Under the pieces are notes generated by a model that worked only from the letters and a program-made list of their open reading frames with translations, searched no databases and was not told the DNA's origin. DNA of 64,000 nucleotides from Bacteroidota bacterium. GTDB lineage: Bacteria > Bacteroidota > Bacteroidia > Chitinophagales > Chitinophagaceae. The translations under genes were made by a program, and so were the position numbers. Positions 40,796-50,819 of this stretch are shown here, in pieces. Positions within the stretch are counted from its first letter, which is position 1, and each line of letters begins with the position of its first letter. The stretch spans positions 9,658 through 73,657 of the forward strand of contig CANHHX010000003.1 of assembly GCA_947461125.1 (NCBI GenBank), in the 5' to 3' direction.

Positions 40796-40866
40796 AACAA
40801 GCCAACCCGAGTACTAGTAACCATCCTAATTCGCTGGGTACAAAATAGTAGTAGGGTTGGCTTGTT
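40796..40866. other. Long imperfect hairpin between convergent genes (terminator or structured RNA)
   Basis: 13-bp perfect outer stem AACAAGCCAACCC/GGGTTGGCTTGTT with inner TACTA/TAGTA and GTAACCA/TGGGTAC pairings. Confidence 0.7.
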
Positions 40867-40868
40867 TT

Positions 40869-42167
40869 CTATTTTAAATCGGCGGTATTCACACGCGTTG
40901 GCGTGTCTTTACCACTTACAATACCACGAGCACTAAGTGCTATGGCCTTGATAATTCTTGTCATATTATCTATATCAATCGTACCAATTTCATCGGTGGC
41001 TTTATGGTAATACGGATCGGTATCAATTTTAGTAGTAGAAATGGTATGGGCTGGAACCCCAAGTCTAGCAAGGGTTGCATTGTCTGAACGGTAAAATAAA
41101 TTTTGTGCAGGATAGGGATCCGGATAAAATGTAAAATCGGTGCCTTCTAAATTTGCTTGTAAAATTTTACCCATATCTGTTTTGTCGTACCCGGTAATAA
41201 ACGCAGAGTTTTTACCCCACTTACTTTCAGATCCAATCATTTCTAAATTAAACATCGCCATTACTTTTGCTGGGTCCAATTGATTTGAAAAATAAGTAGC
41301 ACCAAAACCACCTACTTCTTCTGCTGTAAATGCAGCAAATACAAGTGTACGCTCGTTGTTATTTGCCGCTTTATAATATTTTGCAAGCACCATCATAGCT
41401 GTGGTACCAGCTGCATCATCATTAGCGCCATTAAAGATTGAATCGGCTACTACATTACCATTTCTATCTTTACTATTAACGCCTAAATGATCATAATGTC
41501 CACTAAAAATTACAATTTCATCAGGTCTTGATTTGCCAGGTAGTACACCCACCACATTAGCAAGTGGCATTTCAGTAATTTCATGTTTAGCTTCAATACT
41601 ATAGCTAGTAGGGGTTATAGCGCTCAACACAAACACCACCGATTTATCAGATTTGAATAAATTAGACTTGAGTCTTGTTAGCCCGCTAAATGTTTTTGCA
41701 AAACTAGTATCCACAATAACAAGTGCATTCTTTTTTAAAGCCGCAAGCTTGCGCGCTTCACCCAGTAAATTGGCGGTTTTCCCAATCGTTATTTTTTCAT
41801 AACCCGATGTTTCGTTGATTGAAATTGAAGGCTGTGTTGTTACAACTACAATGTCTTTTTTATCAAGTGCAGCACCGTCAAAACTTCCTGATGCGCCTAA
41901 AAACTTGGTACGCACCATGGCAAAGGATTGCAGGTAAGTGCCACTGTTATTGAGGGTTTTAAGCCCGGTAGCTTTAAACTCATCTGCAATAAATGCAGCT
42001 GCTTTTTCGATACCTGGGGTAAATGTCCTACGCCCCTGCATATCATCTGCTGCAAGAATGGTTTCGATACGTCTTACCTCTTTTTCTTTGATGAGCTTAT
42101 CTACGTTTTGCGCCTGTGCAGTAACAAGGAGTAGCAAACCGGCAACTAGAATATTTATTTTTTTCAT
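40869..42167 (-). CDS. M28 family metallopeptidase, secreted
   Basis: SGHYDHLG, NGANDDAAG, FTAEEVG, NLEMIG, YRSDN, YYH; signal peptide AQA-Q. Confidence 0.92.
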   Translation of the reverse strand: MKKINILVAGLLLLVTAQAQNVDKLIKEKEVRRIETILAADDMQGRRTFTPGIEKAAAFIADEFKATGLKTLNNSGTYLQSFAMVRTKFLGASGSFDGAALDKKDIVVVTTQPSISINETSGYEKITIGKTANLLGEARKLAALKKNALVIVDTSFAKTFSGLTRLKSNLFKSDKSVVFVLSAITPTSYSIEAKHEITEMPLANVVGVLPGKSRPDEIVIFSGHYDHLGVNSKDRNGNVVADSIFNGANDDAAGTTAMMVLAKYYKAANNNERTLVFAAFTAEEVGGFGATYFSNQLDPAKVMAMFNLEMIGSESKWGKNSAFITGYDKTDMGKILQANLEGTDFTFYPDPYPAQNLFYRSDNATLARLGVPAHTISTTKIDTDPYYHKATDEIGTIDIDNMTRIIKAIALSARGIVSGKDTPTRVNTADLK

Positions 42168-42229
42168 AAGAATCATTTGATTGAAGGATATGTTGGAGTC
42201 AACTAAAATACAGTTAATTATTGGGATGA

Positions 42230-42961
42230 TTATAAGCTCATCATTTCTTTGAACTTAACGGTTTGGCGTCTGCTCACTTCAATTTTTTCGCCACCCTTTA
42301 ATTCTACAATGAGACCCCCATTAAAGTATGGTTCAATTTTGTCAATCCAACGTAGATTAATGATGTGCTTGCGATTGGCCCTAAAAAACATGCGATCATC
42401 TAGGCGCTCTTCAAGTGCATTTAAAGATTTTAAGATCAGCGGCTTATTGCCATCAAAAAATACTTTTGCATAGTTACCCACGCTCTCAAAAAGCCTGATT
42501 TCTCCCAGTTTCACAAACCAACAACGCTCCCCATCCTTTACAAACACCTGATCTTGCTCTGTTAAAGGACCGCGGTTGTTACCATGAAAACCAATTTGTT
42601 CTTTAAACAGTTCGGCCTGTAGTTTTTGAATGGCATCCGACAAACGCTTTGGCTCAATGGGTTTTAATAAATAATCAAGGGCGTTTACTTCAAATGCTTT
42701 AATAGCATAGTCGTCGTAGGCTGTGGTAAAAATTACCTTAGGTGCACGCTCTACTTCTGACAGTAAATCAAACCCTGTTTTACCGGGCATTTGAATGTCT
42801 AAGAAAATTAGGTCGGGATTGTGCTGTTCAATTTTTTCGATACCCTCATCTACATTGGACGCTTCGTCGAGGACTTCAATGTCGGAATGATCGAGTAATA
42901 ATTTTTTTAACTCATTACGCGCGAGCCTTTCGTCGTCAATAATAATTGCTTTTATGGCCAT
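42230..42961 (-). CDS. LytTR-family response regulator
   Basis: IIDDE, FLDIQMP, DYLLKP receiver domain; FFRANRKHIIN...VSRR LytTR domain. Confidence 0.95.
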   Translation of the reverse strand: MAIKAIIIDDERLARNELKKLLLDHSDIEVLDEASNVDEGIEKIEQHNPDLIFLDIQMPGKTGFDLLSEVERAPKVIFTTAYDDYAIKAFEVNALDYLLKPIEPKRLSDAIQKLQAELFKEQIGFHGNNRGPLTEQDQVFVKDGERCWFVKLGEIRLFESVGNYAKVFFDGNKPLILKSLNALEERLDDRMFFRANRKHIINLRWIDKIEPYFNGGLIVELKGGEKIEVSRRQTVKFKEMMSL

Positions 42962-42978
42962 ATTATTTTCTATTAAAA

Positions 42979-44040
42979 TTATTTATTGTTGGCGGTTAAA
43001 GGAAGTCTAACAACCGCCTCTACCATATGATCTTTTGTGTTTTGTATAAAAAAGTTTGCTTTGTCCCCAAAAAGTAACGCGAGTCTATTTTTGGTACTAC
43101 TAACACCAAAACCACTATTATCAATATCTAAATCATCCTCAATTGCACCCGTATTTTTAATAATTAACTGGTGTTGGTCATTTTTAAACTCGGACCATAT
43201 TTCAACAACGCCTCCTTCTCTTTGCTTACCAATACCATGCTTGATAGCGTTTTCTACAAGGGTTTGCAGCATCATAGGTGGCACCGGTTGATCCAGCGTA
43301 TCTTCATCGATATGATACACAACGCGTAACCTGCTTTCAAATCTAATGGTTTCAAGCGCTAAATAATCTTTTACAATCGACAGTTCTTTTTCTAGTGTTA
43401 CCGTTTCAAGTTTTTCGGCTTGCATACTGCTGCGCAAAATATTACTAAGCTCTGTAATGGCTGTTCTTGCTCGTTCTGGATTTTCATCTACAAGGGCTCT
43501 AATACTATTGAGTGCGTTAAAAATAAAATGCGGATTGATGTGCGCTTTAATTGTTTTTAATTCTAGTTCTTTTACAAGCGTTTCAAGTCTTACTTTTTGA
43601 ATTTCATTCATACGCCCTAACTGCACATAATGCCAGACATAATAAATACTCACCCAAATAAAAATCATGGGTGAATCAAAAATTAAATTGGAAAAGAAAC
43701 GCGTACTTACAGAAAATTTAATTTTTGGATCGTATAGTCCAACCCACTCTACAAGTGCACTATTGGTTAAACTATAAAATACAACCACACTAAAAAAAAG
43801 AAGTACCAAAAGCCACCATTTTTGAAGTGGGAAAGGTGGCCTTAATTTAAACCCGATAATGAGTGATCTAAAAAGGTGGGTAAATAAAATACCAGAAACA
43901 ATGGTAATGCCCAGTCTTGGATAAAATACAGGGTTGGGCTTGCTGTCAAAAATGAAAGCAAAAAAAATCATGGTTAACCCATAAGAAAACCAGCCTCCTA
44001 CTTGACACCACCAATAAACAAGGTTATTTCTTCTAGACAT
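42979..44040 (-). CDS. LytS-family sensor histidine kinase
   Basis: 4 TM segments; KAHINPHFIFNALN, LQTLVENAIKHG; start at ATG 44040 after TAACTTTG. Confidence 0.94.
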   Translation of the reverse strand: MSRRNNLVYWWCQVGGWFSYGLTMIFFAFIFDSKPNPVFYPRLGITIVSGILFTHLFRSLIIGFKLRPPFPLQKWWLLVLLFFSVVVFYSLTNSALVEWVGLYDPKIKFSVSTRFFSNLIFDSPMIFIWVSIYYVWHYVQLGRMNEIQKVRLETLVKELELKTIKAHINPHFIFNALNSIRALVDENPERARTAITELSNILRSSMQAEKLETVTLEKELSIVKDYLALETIRFESRLRVVYHIDEDTLDQPVPPMMLQTLVENAIKHGIGKQREGGVVEIWSEFKNDQHQLIIKNTGAIEDDLDIDNSGFGVSSTKNRLALLFGDKANFFIQNTKDHMVEAVVRLPLTANNK

Positions 44041-44230
44041 AGCTACAAAGTTAAAAATTAAGCACCCCATAAGGGGTAAATTAAGGAAGAAAGGCAAAAA
44101 CAACCCTTGGTTGGTATAAAATAAAGTGGAGAAGGGGTGAACCTTTGGTTTTGTGTGATGTTTGTATTGGAGGAAAGGTGTTTTGCTTCACAGTAAATGC
44201 CTATTTTTACAACCTAAACTAACTTTTTGC

Positions 44231-46153
44231 ATGGAAATAAGGCCAGGAGCACTCCTAGGGAACATCAACAACCCCGATGACCTCAAAAAGATCCCCAAAG
44301 ATCAGTTGCATCAAGTTTGCAATGAATTACGCCAATACATCATTGATATTGTGAGCGTGCACGGCGGGCACTTTGCTGCCAGTCTTGGTGTGGTTGAATT
44401 AAGCGTTGCCCTTCATTACATTTACAATACCCCATACGATCAGCTCGTTTGGGACGTGGGCCATCAGGCGTACGGACATAAAATATTAACGGGTCGCAGA
44501 GATCAGTTTGTGACCAACAGAAAATACAAAGGCCTTAGTGGCTTTCCTAAAAGATCAGAAAGCGAATACGACACATTTGGTGTGGGTCACTCTTCTACCT
44601 CTATTTCTGCCGCCCTAGGCATGGCCATGGCTGCTAAATACAAAGGTGAAAACCGAAAATCAATTGCAGTAATAGGCGATGGTTCCATGACCGCTGGTAT
44701 GGCTTTTGAGGCAATGAACCACGCGGGTGTTGCGGATAGTGATGTGCTTATTATTTTAAATGACAACTGCATGAGTATCGACCCAAATGTGGGTGCACTC
44801 AAAGAATATTTAACAGATATTGCTACCTCTCCAACGTACAATAAAGTAAGAGATGAAATTTGGAATCTACTTGGTAAAATGCCTGTTGGAAAATCCACTT
44901 CAAGATCACTCGCCTCTAAATTAGAAGCCAGCGTAAAAGGCATGGTAAGTGGTAGCAGCAACCTTTTCGAAGCTTTACAACTCCGTTATTTTGGACCTAT
45001 TGATGGTCATAACATTACCAACCTTGTAGATACCCTTAAAGATTTAAGAGACATACCAGGACCTAAATTGTTGCATGTAATTACCACAAAAGGTAAGGGA
45101 TATGAGCTTGCAGAAAAGGACCAAACAAAATGGCATGCGCCCGGATTATTTGATAAGTTAACGGGAGAAATTATCAAGAAAAAAATTGATACGCCACAAC
45201 CACCAAAATACCAAGACGTTTTTGGACATACCCTAGTAGAATTAGCAGAAGCCAACCCATTAATTATGGGCGTTACACCTGCAATGCCTAGTGGATCTTC
45301 CTTAAAGTTTATGATGGATAAAATGCCTAACCGTGCTTTTGACGTGGGCATTTGTGAGCAGCACGCCGTAACACTGAGTGCAGGACTTGCTACACAAGGG
45401 ATGCGCGTGTTTTGTAATATTTATTCTTCATTCATGCAGCGCGCTTTTGATCAGGTGGTGCATGATGTTGCCATTCAAAAATTACCGGTGGTACTTTGTT
45501 TGGACAGAGCCGGACTTGTGGGTGAAGATGGACCTACACACCACGGCTGTTACGATATTTCATACCTCCGTTGCATTCCTAATTTAATTGTAAGTGCCCC
45601 TATGAATGAGCAGGAGCTACGCAACCTCATGTATACCGCACAACTTGATAGCACGGGCCTTCCATTTGTTATTAGGTATCCAAGAGGTGAAGGTGTGATG
45701 CCAGAATGGAAAACACCATTAGCACCGATTGAAATTGGAAAGGGTCGTAAAATAAAAGACGGAAAAGAAGTGGCCATTTTAAGTTTTGGTCATCCTGGAA
45801 ATTTTGCAACAACAGCGATTAGAAATTTACGTTCGGAAGGTATTGACCCGGCGCATTACGATATCAGATTTGTTAAACCACTTGACGAAGCGTTACTCCA
45901 CGAAGTGTTTACCAACTATACTAAAATTGTAACGGTAGAAGACGGTACCGTGGTAGGTGGTTTTGGTTCTGCGATCCTAGAATTTATGAATGCCAATGGT
46001 TACAAAGCGGACGTTACAATTTTAGGTATTCCGGATAGACTTGTAGAACACGGTACACTTAAAGAATTACATAGAGAGTGTGCGTATGATGCTGCAGGAA
46101 TAGAAGCCGCCGTAAAAGAAATCTTTTCTACAAAAGCGTTACAAACTGTATAA
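44231..46153 (+). CDS. dxs: 1-deoxy-D-xylulose-5-phosphate synthase
   Basis: GGHFAASLG, WDVGHQAY, GDGSMTAG..ILNDN, DRAGLVGEDGPTHHG, IRYPRG. Confidence 0.97.
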   Translation: MEIRPGALLGNINNPDDLKKIPKDQLHQVCNELRQYIIDIVSVHGGHFAASLGVVELSVALHYIYNTPYDQLVWDVGHQAYGHKILTGRRDQFVTNRKYKGLSGFPKRSESEYDTFGVGHSSTSISAALGMAMAAKYKGENRKSIAVIGDGSMTAGMAFEAMNHAGVADSDVLIILNDNCMSIDPNVGALKEYLTDIATSPTYNKVRDEIWNLLGKMPVGKSTSRSLASKLEASVKGMVSGSSNLFEALQLRYFGPIDGHNITNLVDTLKDLRDIPGPKLLHVITTKGKGYELAEKDQTKWHAPGLFDKLTGEIIKKKIDTPQPPKYQDVFGHTLVELAEANPLIMGVTPAMPSGSSLKFMMDKMPNRAFDVGICEQHAVTLSAGLATQGMRVFCNIYSSFMQRAFDQVVHDVAIQKLPVVLCLDRAGLVGEDGPTHHGCYDISYLRCIPNLIVSAPMNEQELRNLMYTAQLDSTGLPFVIRYPRGEGVMPEWKTPLAPIEIGKGRKIKDGKEVAILSFGHPGNFATTAIRNLRSEGIDPAHYDIRFVKPLDEALLHEVFTNYTKIVTVEDGTVVGGFGSAILEFMNANGYKADVTILGIPDRLVEHGTLKELHRECAYDAAGIEAAVKEIFSTKALQTV

Positions 46154-46157
46154 AAAA

Positions 46158-46991
46158 TTATTCCATTTCTAATGGAACATCATTATCGGTAAAACTACTT
46201 GGAAGGTCTTCATCTGTAAGACCTTCTTCTTTTAGTTCTGCTTCACGGTTGTCATTCCATTCAATAATAAAGTTGTTCATACCCTCTCCCACAAGGAGTT
46301 TCATGTATTTCTGCTGGGTTAATTCGAGGGTCGACAAAAATAAAAATAACGCGTGAACGCGGTCGTTACAAATTTCAAATACTTTTTCAAAAGCCACTGT
46401 TTTTTCACCACGCACAAAATCCAACATATAATCTCTACTACCTTCCATGGTATAGTTATAACGCACCACCGTATGCACCGGTTTGTTTTGACGGTCATGT
46501 ACACGCTGCATCACTTTTTCAAAAGCTTTCATGAGCTTGAACATGGTGATGTTCTGAATTTCAGTTCCTTCAGAGGCGTCTTCTCCAATAGAAATAAGTT
46601 CCTTTTGAAGATTACCACGCTTCACCATTAGCATACGCACAGCTTCAAGCTCCGCCATTTGCGCAGAAGCTTCTTTAAAGCGTTTGTATTCTAATATTTT
46701 ATCAATCAGTTCTTGGCGAGGATCAATTTCATTTCCAGCAGCATCTATTTCTTTGCGAGGAAGTAACAATCTCGCCTTGATACGCATGAGGGTTGAAACA
46801 AATAAAATAAACTCACTACTTAGCTCGATATTTAATTTCTCTCCTTGATGAATAAATTCTAGGAAGTCTTTGATGATTTTTGTGATAGGGATATTGTATA
46901 TATCCAGTTCGTCTCTTTCTATAAAAAACAGCAATAGGTCAAAAGGACCTTCAAACTGATCTAACTTAATTTGATAATTGGGAACGTTCAC
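46158..46991 (-). CDS. scpA: Segregation and condensation protein A
   Basis: FEGPFDLLLFFI, KARLLLP, DPRQELI, FLSTLEL. Confidence 0.92.
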   Translation of the reverse strand: MNVPNYQIKLDQFEGPFDLLLFFIERDELDIYNIPITKIIKDFLEFIHQGEKLNIELSSEFILFVSTLMRIKARLLLPRKEIDAAGNEIDPRQELIDKILEYKRFKEASAQMAELEAVRMLMVKRGNLQKELISIGEDASEGTEIQNITMFKLMKAFEKVMQRVHDRQNKPVHTVVRYNYTMEGSRDYMLDFVRGEKTVAFEKVFEICNDRVHALFLFLSTLELTQQKYMKLLVGEGMNNFIIEWNDNREAELKEEGLTDEDLPSSFTDNDVPLEME

Positions 46992-47148
46992 AGCTTCACA
47001 CTTTTGCTACAAAGAAAACCCCTTCGGCCCTCAAATGCGCAGATTAAGGCCAAAATTTATCCACTTTACTGCCTTTGAAGGCCATAAATTGTTAGAAAAG
47101 GGGCTGTTTTTAGGTGCTAAATGGGGAACTTCGCCAAAATTCAATGCC

Positions 47149-48036
47149 GTGCGAGAAAAGATCATTAATTGGGTGCTATTTATAGTTTTGTCGATCATTT
47201 GGGGGAGCTCCTTTATGCTCATGAAAGTAGGCATGAAAGAAGGCGGAACTTTTACATTAAGCCCCTATCAGGTAGCTTCCCTACGTATGATTTTTTCGGG
47301 TTTAGCCCTTTTGCCTTTTTGTTATTCGGCCCTCAAACAAATCCCTACTAACAAACTTTTGGTGGTCATTCTTTCTGGTGTGATGGGTAGTTTTATTCCA
47401 GCTTATTTATTTTGTATTGCAGAAACTAAAATTGATAGCGCACTTGCCGGCATTTTAAATGCACTTACCCCACTGTTTACCATTATTGTAGGTATTGTAT
47501 TTTTTAATTTAAAATCTAGCAAGGAAAAAATTATTGGGATCCTACTTGGCTTTGCAGGTCTTATACTTTCAGTAACCGCTGGCAAAACGCTTCATTTTGA
47601 TAATTTCTCCTACAGCTTTTTTGTGGTGCTTGCTACTATCTTTTATGGATTCAATGTAAATATGGTAGGTAGCCAAATGCAAAAAGTGAGTGCCATTAAT
47701 ATCGCATCCGTTGCCTTTTGTTTTACGATGATACCAGCAGGCATTATATTATTTAGCACCGGATATTTTAACTATGATTTTTCTAATCAGGCGCTGATAG
47801 AAGCAAGTATGGCAGGCGGCACACTAGGTGTCATCAATACATCGATTGCCTCTATTTTATTTTATGTGCTTGTAAAAAGAGCGGGGATTATTTTTGCTTC
47901 TACCGTTACTTATGCTATACCTTTTGTATCGCTTGGAATTGGCGTATACTACAACGAGCCCATCCATCCGTTAAGACTTGTTGGGCTCGGTATTATTTTA
48001 TGCGGCGTTTATATTGTAAACAAACAAAAGAAATAA
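47149..48036 (+). CDS. EamA/DMT family transporter
   Basis: IWGSSF, LAGILNALTPLF; 10 TM; probable GTG start at 47149 (the longer ORF overlaps scpA). Confidence 0.88.
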   Translation: MREKIINWVLFIVLSIIWGSSFMLMKVGMKEGGTFTLSPYQVASLRMIFSGLALLPFCYSALKQIPTNKLLVVILSGVMGSFIPAYLFCIAETKIDSALAGILNALTPLFTIIVGIVFFNLKSSKEKIIGILLGFAGLILSVTAGKTLHFDNFSYSFFVVLATIFYGFNVNMVGSQMQKVSAINIASVAFCFTMIPAGIILFSTGYFNYDFSNQALIEASMAGGTLGVINTSIASILFYVLVKRAGIIFASTVTYAIPFVSLGIGVYYNEPIHPLRLVGLGIILCGVYIVNKQKK

Positions 48037-48042
48037 GTGCAT

Positions 48043-48606
48043 TTATATTGCCATCATTTCTTTTTCTTTAGCAGCTAAATGTTTTTCTACTAGGACAATA
48101 AATTTGTCAGTAATATCCTGAATTACTTTTTCTGCATCTTTTGCTGCGTCTTCGCTTAAACCGTCTTTTTGTAATTTTTTTATTTGCTCGATGGCGTCGC
48201 GTCTAATATTTCTAATGGCCACTTTTGATTGCTCTCCCTCACCAGCAGCTTTTTTTACAAATTCTTTTCTACGCTCTTCGGTAAGGGGTGGCATAAAGAG
48301 TCTAATTTGTACCCCATCATTTTGAGGTGTTACCCCAATATTGGCCATCATAATGGCTCTTTCGATAGGCGCGAGCATATTTTTTTCCCAGGGCTGAATG
48401 CTAATGGTTCTAACGTCTAAAACACTAATATTAGCCACCTGGCTAATAGGGGTTGGTGCGCCATAATAATCGGCAGTAATTCCATCTAGCATGGTAGGAC
48501 TGGCTTTACCAGCTCTAATTTTGGTTAATTCAAGCTCTAAGTGGCTTATCGCCTTATTCATAGATTCTTCGGCATCTACTGTTATTAGGTCAAGTTCTTC
48601 AGACAT
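48043..48606 (-). CDS. frr: Ribosome recycling factor
   Basis: IRAGKA, DYYG, PPLTEERR, RNIRRDA. Confidence 0.97.
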   Translation of the reverse strand: MSEELDLITVDAEESMNKAISHLELELTKIRAGKASPTMLDGITADYYGAPTPISQVANISVLDVRTISIQPWEKNMLAPIERAIMMANIGVTPQNDGVQIRLFMPPLTEERRKEFVKKAAGEGEQSKVAIRNIRRDAIEQIKKLQKDGLSEDAAKDAEKVIQDITDKFIVLVEKHLAAKEKEMMAI

Positions 48607-48709
48607 GATGTATTAATTTGATGGCAAAACTAATAAATAGTACCGAAAGCGTCATTTTTCATCGAAGAATTGGAATTTGAATTTTATCTTCGCAGCAAAC
48701 AATCAAATT

Positions 48710-49552
48710 ATGGCGTCTATTCAAACCCTAAAAGATACGGCAACACAAGTTAGAAGAGATATTGTTAGAATGGTACATGGTGTTCAAAGCGGACATCCTG
48801 GTGGATCTCTTGGTTGTACCGATTTTTTAACGGCGCTATACTTTCATACCCTAGATCATAATCCGGCATTTAGCATGGGTGGCAAGGGTGAAGATTTATT
48901 TTTCTTATCCAATGGACATATTTCACCGGTATTTTATTCGGTGCTTGCAAGATCTGGGTATTTTGAAGTGAACGAACTTGGGACTTTTAGAAAATTAAAT
49001 ACCCGTTTACAAGGTCACCCTACTACACACGAACATTTACCGGGTGTTAGAATCGCGAGTGGCTCACTTGGACAAGGGATGAGTGTTGCTATTGGCGCAG
49101 CGCTTACTAAAAAAATAAACAACGATTCAAAGCTTGTGTATTGCTTACATGGCGATGGCGAATTACAAGAGGGTCAAATTTGGGAATCAGTGATGTTTGC
49201 TGCCCATAACAATTGCGATAATTTAATTGCGACCATCGACGTGAACGGTCAACAAATTGATGGCCCTACTAAAAAAGTAATGAACCTTGATAGTTTACGC
49301 GCCAAATTTGAAGCGTTTAACTGGACGGTTATTGATATGGATGGAAACAATATGGAAGACGTTGTTGCTACACTTGATAAAGCAAAATCTTTAACGGGTC
49401 AGGGTAAGCCTATCTGTATTTTAATGAAAACAGAAATGGGTAAAGGCATTAGTTTTATGGAAGGAACACATGAGTGGCATGGTATCGCACCAAACGATGC
49501 ACAACTTGCTGATGCACTTTCGCAATTACCAGAAACCATGGGTGATTACTAA
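48710..49552 (+). CDS. Transketolase N-terminal (TPP-binding) subunit
   Basis: SGHPGGSLG, LSNGH, LQGHP, GSLGQG, GDGELQEG, WHG; only ~280 aa. Confidence 0.92.
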   Translation: MASIQTLKDTATQVRRDIVRMVHGVQSGHPGGSLGCTDFLTALYFHTLDHNPAFSMGGKGEDLFFLSNGHISPVFYSVLARSGYFEVNELGTFRKLNTRLQGHPTTHEHLPGVRIASGSLGQGMSVAIGAALTKKINNDSKLVYCLHGDGELQEGQIWESVMFAAHNNCDNLIATIDVNGQQIDGPTKKVMNLDSLRAKFEAFNWTVIDMDGNNMEDVVATLDKAKSLTGQGKPICILMKTEMGKGISFMEGTHEWHGIAPNDAQLADALSQLPETMGDY

Positions 49553-49560
49553 TCCGTAAG

Positions 49561-49602
49561 CGCCCCTCACTAGACTGCTAACGCCCCTCACTAGACTGCT
49601 AA
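49561..49602. repeat. 21-bp exact tandem duplication CGCCCCTCACTAGACTGCTAA x2
   Basis: Copies at 49561-49581 and 49582-49602; the second contains the stop codon of the permease gene. Confidence 0.9.
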
Positions 49603-50810
49603 CTTTTTAATGACAGGAGTTGCTGACTTGCCTTTTTCGCAGGTATCCATGCAGCCACTATCGCAATGATTGTGATGGTCGCAACAACAAGCACATAATC
49701 GGTGGCCATTAATTTTACAGGGTAGTAATCAATAATAAAACTACCACCACCACCTAGTGTAATGATTTTAAATTTTAATTGTAGCACGCAAATAATGGTA
49801 CCGAGCACTGTTCCAATAGCGGTACCTACGCCTGCAAGCACGAGCCCTTCTGTAATAAATATTTTTTGAATCAGTGACGCGCTTGACCCCATTGCTTTTA
49901 ATACCGCAATATCTTTTTGTTTTTCTAACACCAGCATGGTAAGTGCACCAATCATATTAAAGGCTGCTACAATTAATATCAAACTCAAAATGCCGTATAT
50001 CACCCACTTTTCCATTTGCATAACGGCATACAAATTTTTGTTTTGCTCGTAGCGTGTTTCAACCATGAAATTTTTTCCAAGCGCAGTTTGTAATTTTGCT
50101 TTTATTTTTTCAGGACTGCCATTTATTTTTATTTCAACACCACTTATCTGATTGGGTGTCATGGAAAGCATGTATTGCAAAAAAGACAGGTTGGTAAAAA
50201 TATATTTATTATCAAATTCTTGTTGCACTGCAAACACCCCCTGCCCTGATACATTAAATGCAAACATACCCTCCACAGCGTCAAAACCCGCGCCTTTATT
50301 GGGCGTATAGAGTGTTAATGGAAATCCACCTTTTGTAACATCGGCACCTACTGCGTTTTCAATGCCAGCCCCCATCACAATGCCCGGATTTTGTACATCC
50401 CCCGTTGTATACTTACCTCTAACAATATGTTTATGAATATGATTGGTGCGAGAGAAAACGGAATCAACACCTTTTACTACCACAATACTCTGGTAGTCGC
50501 CATTGGCAAGTAATGCTTTTTCTTCAATCACTTTACTTATGGCTACTATACCCTCAACTGATTTTATTGTATAGAGTGTACGTTCATCCATATGCATTCT
50601 TTTACCCTGTGCCGGAAGCACGCGCATGTCTGCATAAAAATCAGTGTAGAGTCCTTTTACTAAATCTTCGAAACCATTAAATACACTTAAAATAACAATA
50701 AGCGCTGCCGCGCCAACTGCAATGGCCGTAACGCTTACCCATGCAATAATATTAATCGCACTCGTAGACTTTTTTGATTTAAAATACCGCCAAGCAAATA
50801 AATATTGCAC
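49599..50810 (-). CDS. LolC/E-like (FtsX/MacB) ABC permease
   Basis: FAWRYF, LSVFNGFE, AAFNMIG, EKQKDIAVLKAMG, WIPAKKAS. Confidence 0.9.
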   Translation of the reverse strand: MQYLFAWRYFKSKKSTSAINIIAWVSVTAIAVGAAALIVILSVFNGFEDLVKGLYTDFYADMRVLPAQGKRMHMDERTLYTIKSVEGIVAISKVIEEKALLANGDYQSIVVVKGVDSVFSRTNHIHKHIVRGKYTTGDVQNPGIVMGAGIENAVGADVTKGGFPLTLYTPNKGAGFDAVEGMFAFNVSGQGVFAVQQEFDNKYIFTNLSFLQYMLSMTPNQISGVEIKINGSPEKIKAKLQTALGKNFMVETRYEQNKNLYAVMQMEKWVIYGILSLILIVAAFNMIGALTMLVLEKQKDIAVLKAMGSSASLIQKIFITEGLVLAGVGTAIGTVLGTIICVLQLKFKIITLGGGGSFIIDYYPVKLMATDYVLVVATITIIAIVAAWIPAKKASQQLLSLKS

Positions 50811-50819
50811 GAGATTGAA

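Noticed and set aside
49561-49602. Possible CRISPR remnant
   Set aside because: Only two abutting 21-bp copies, with no spacer, leader or cas genes.
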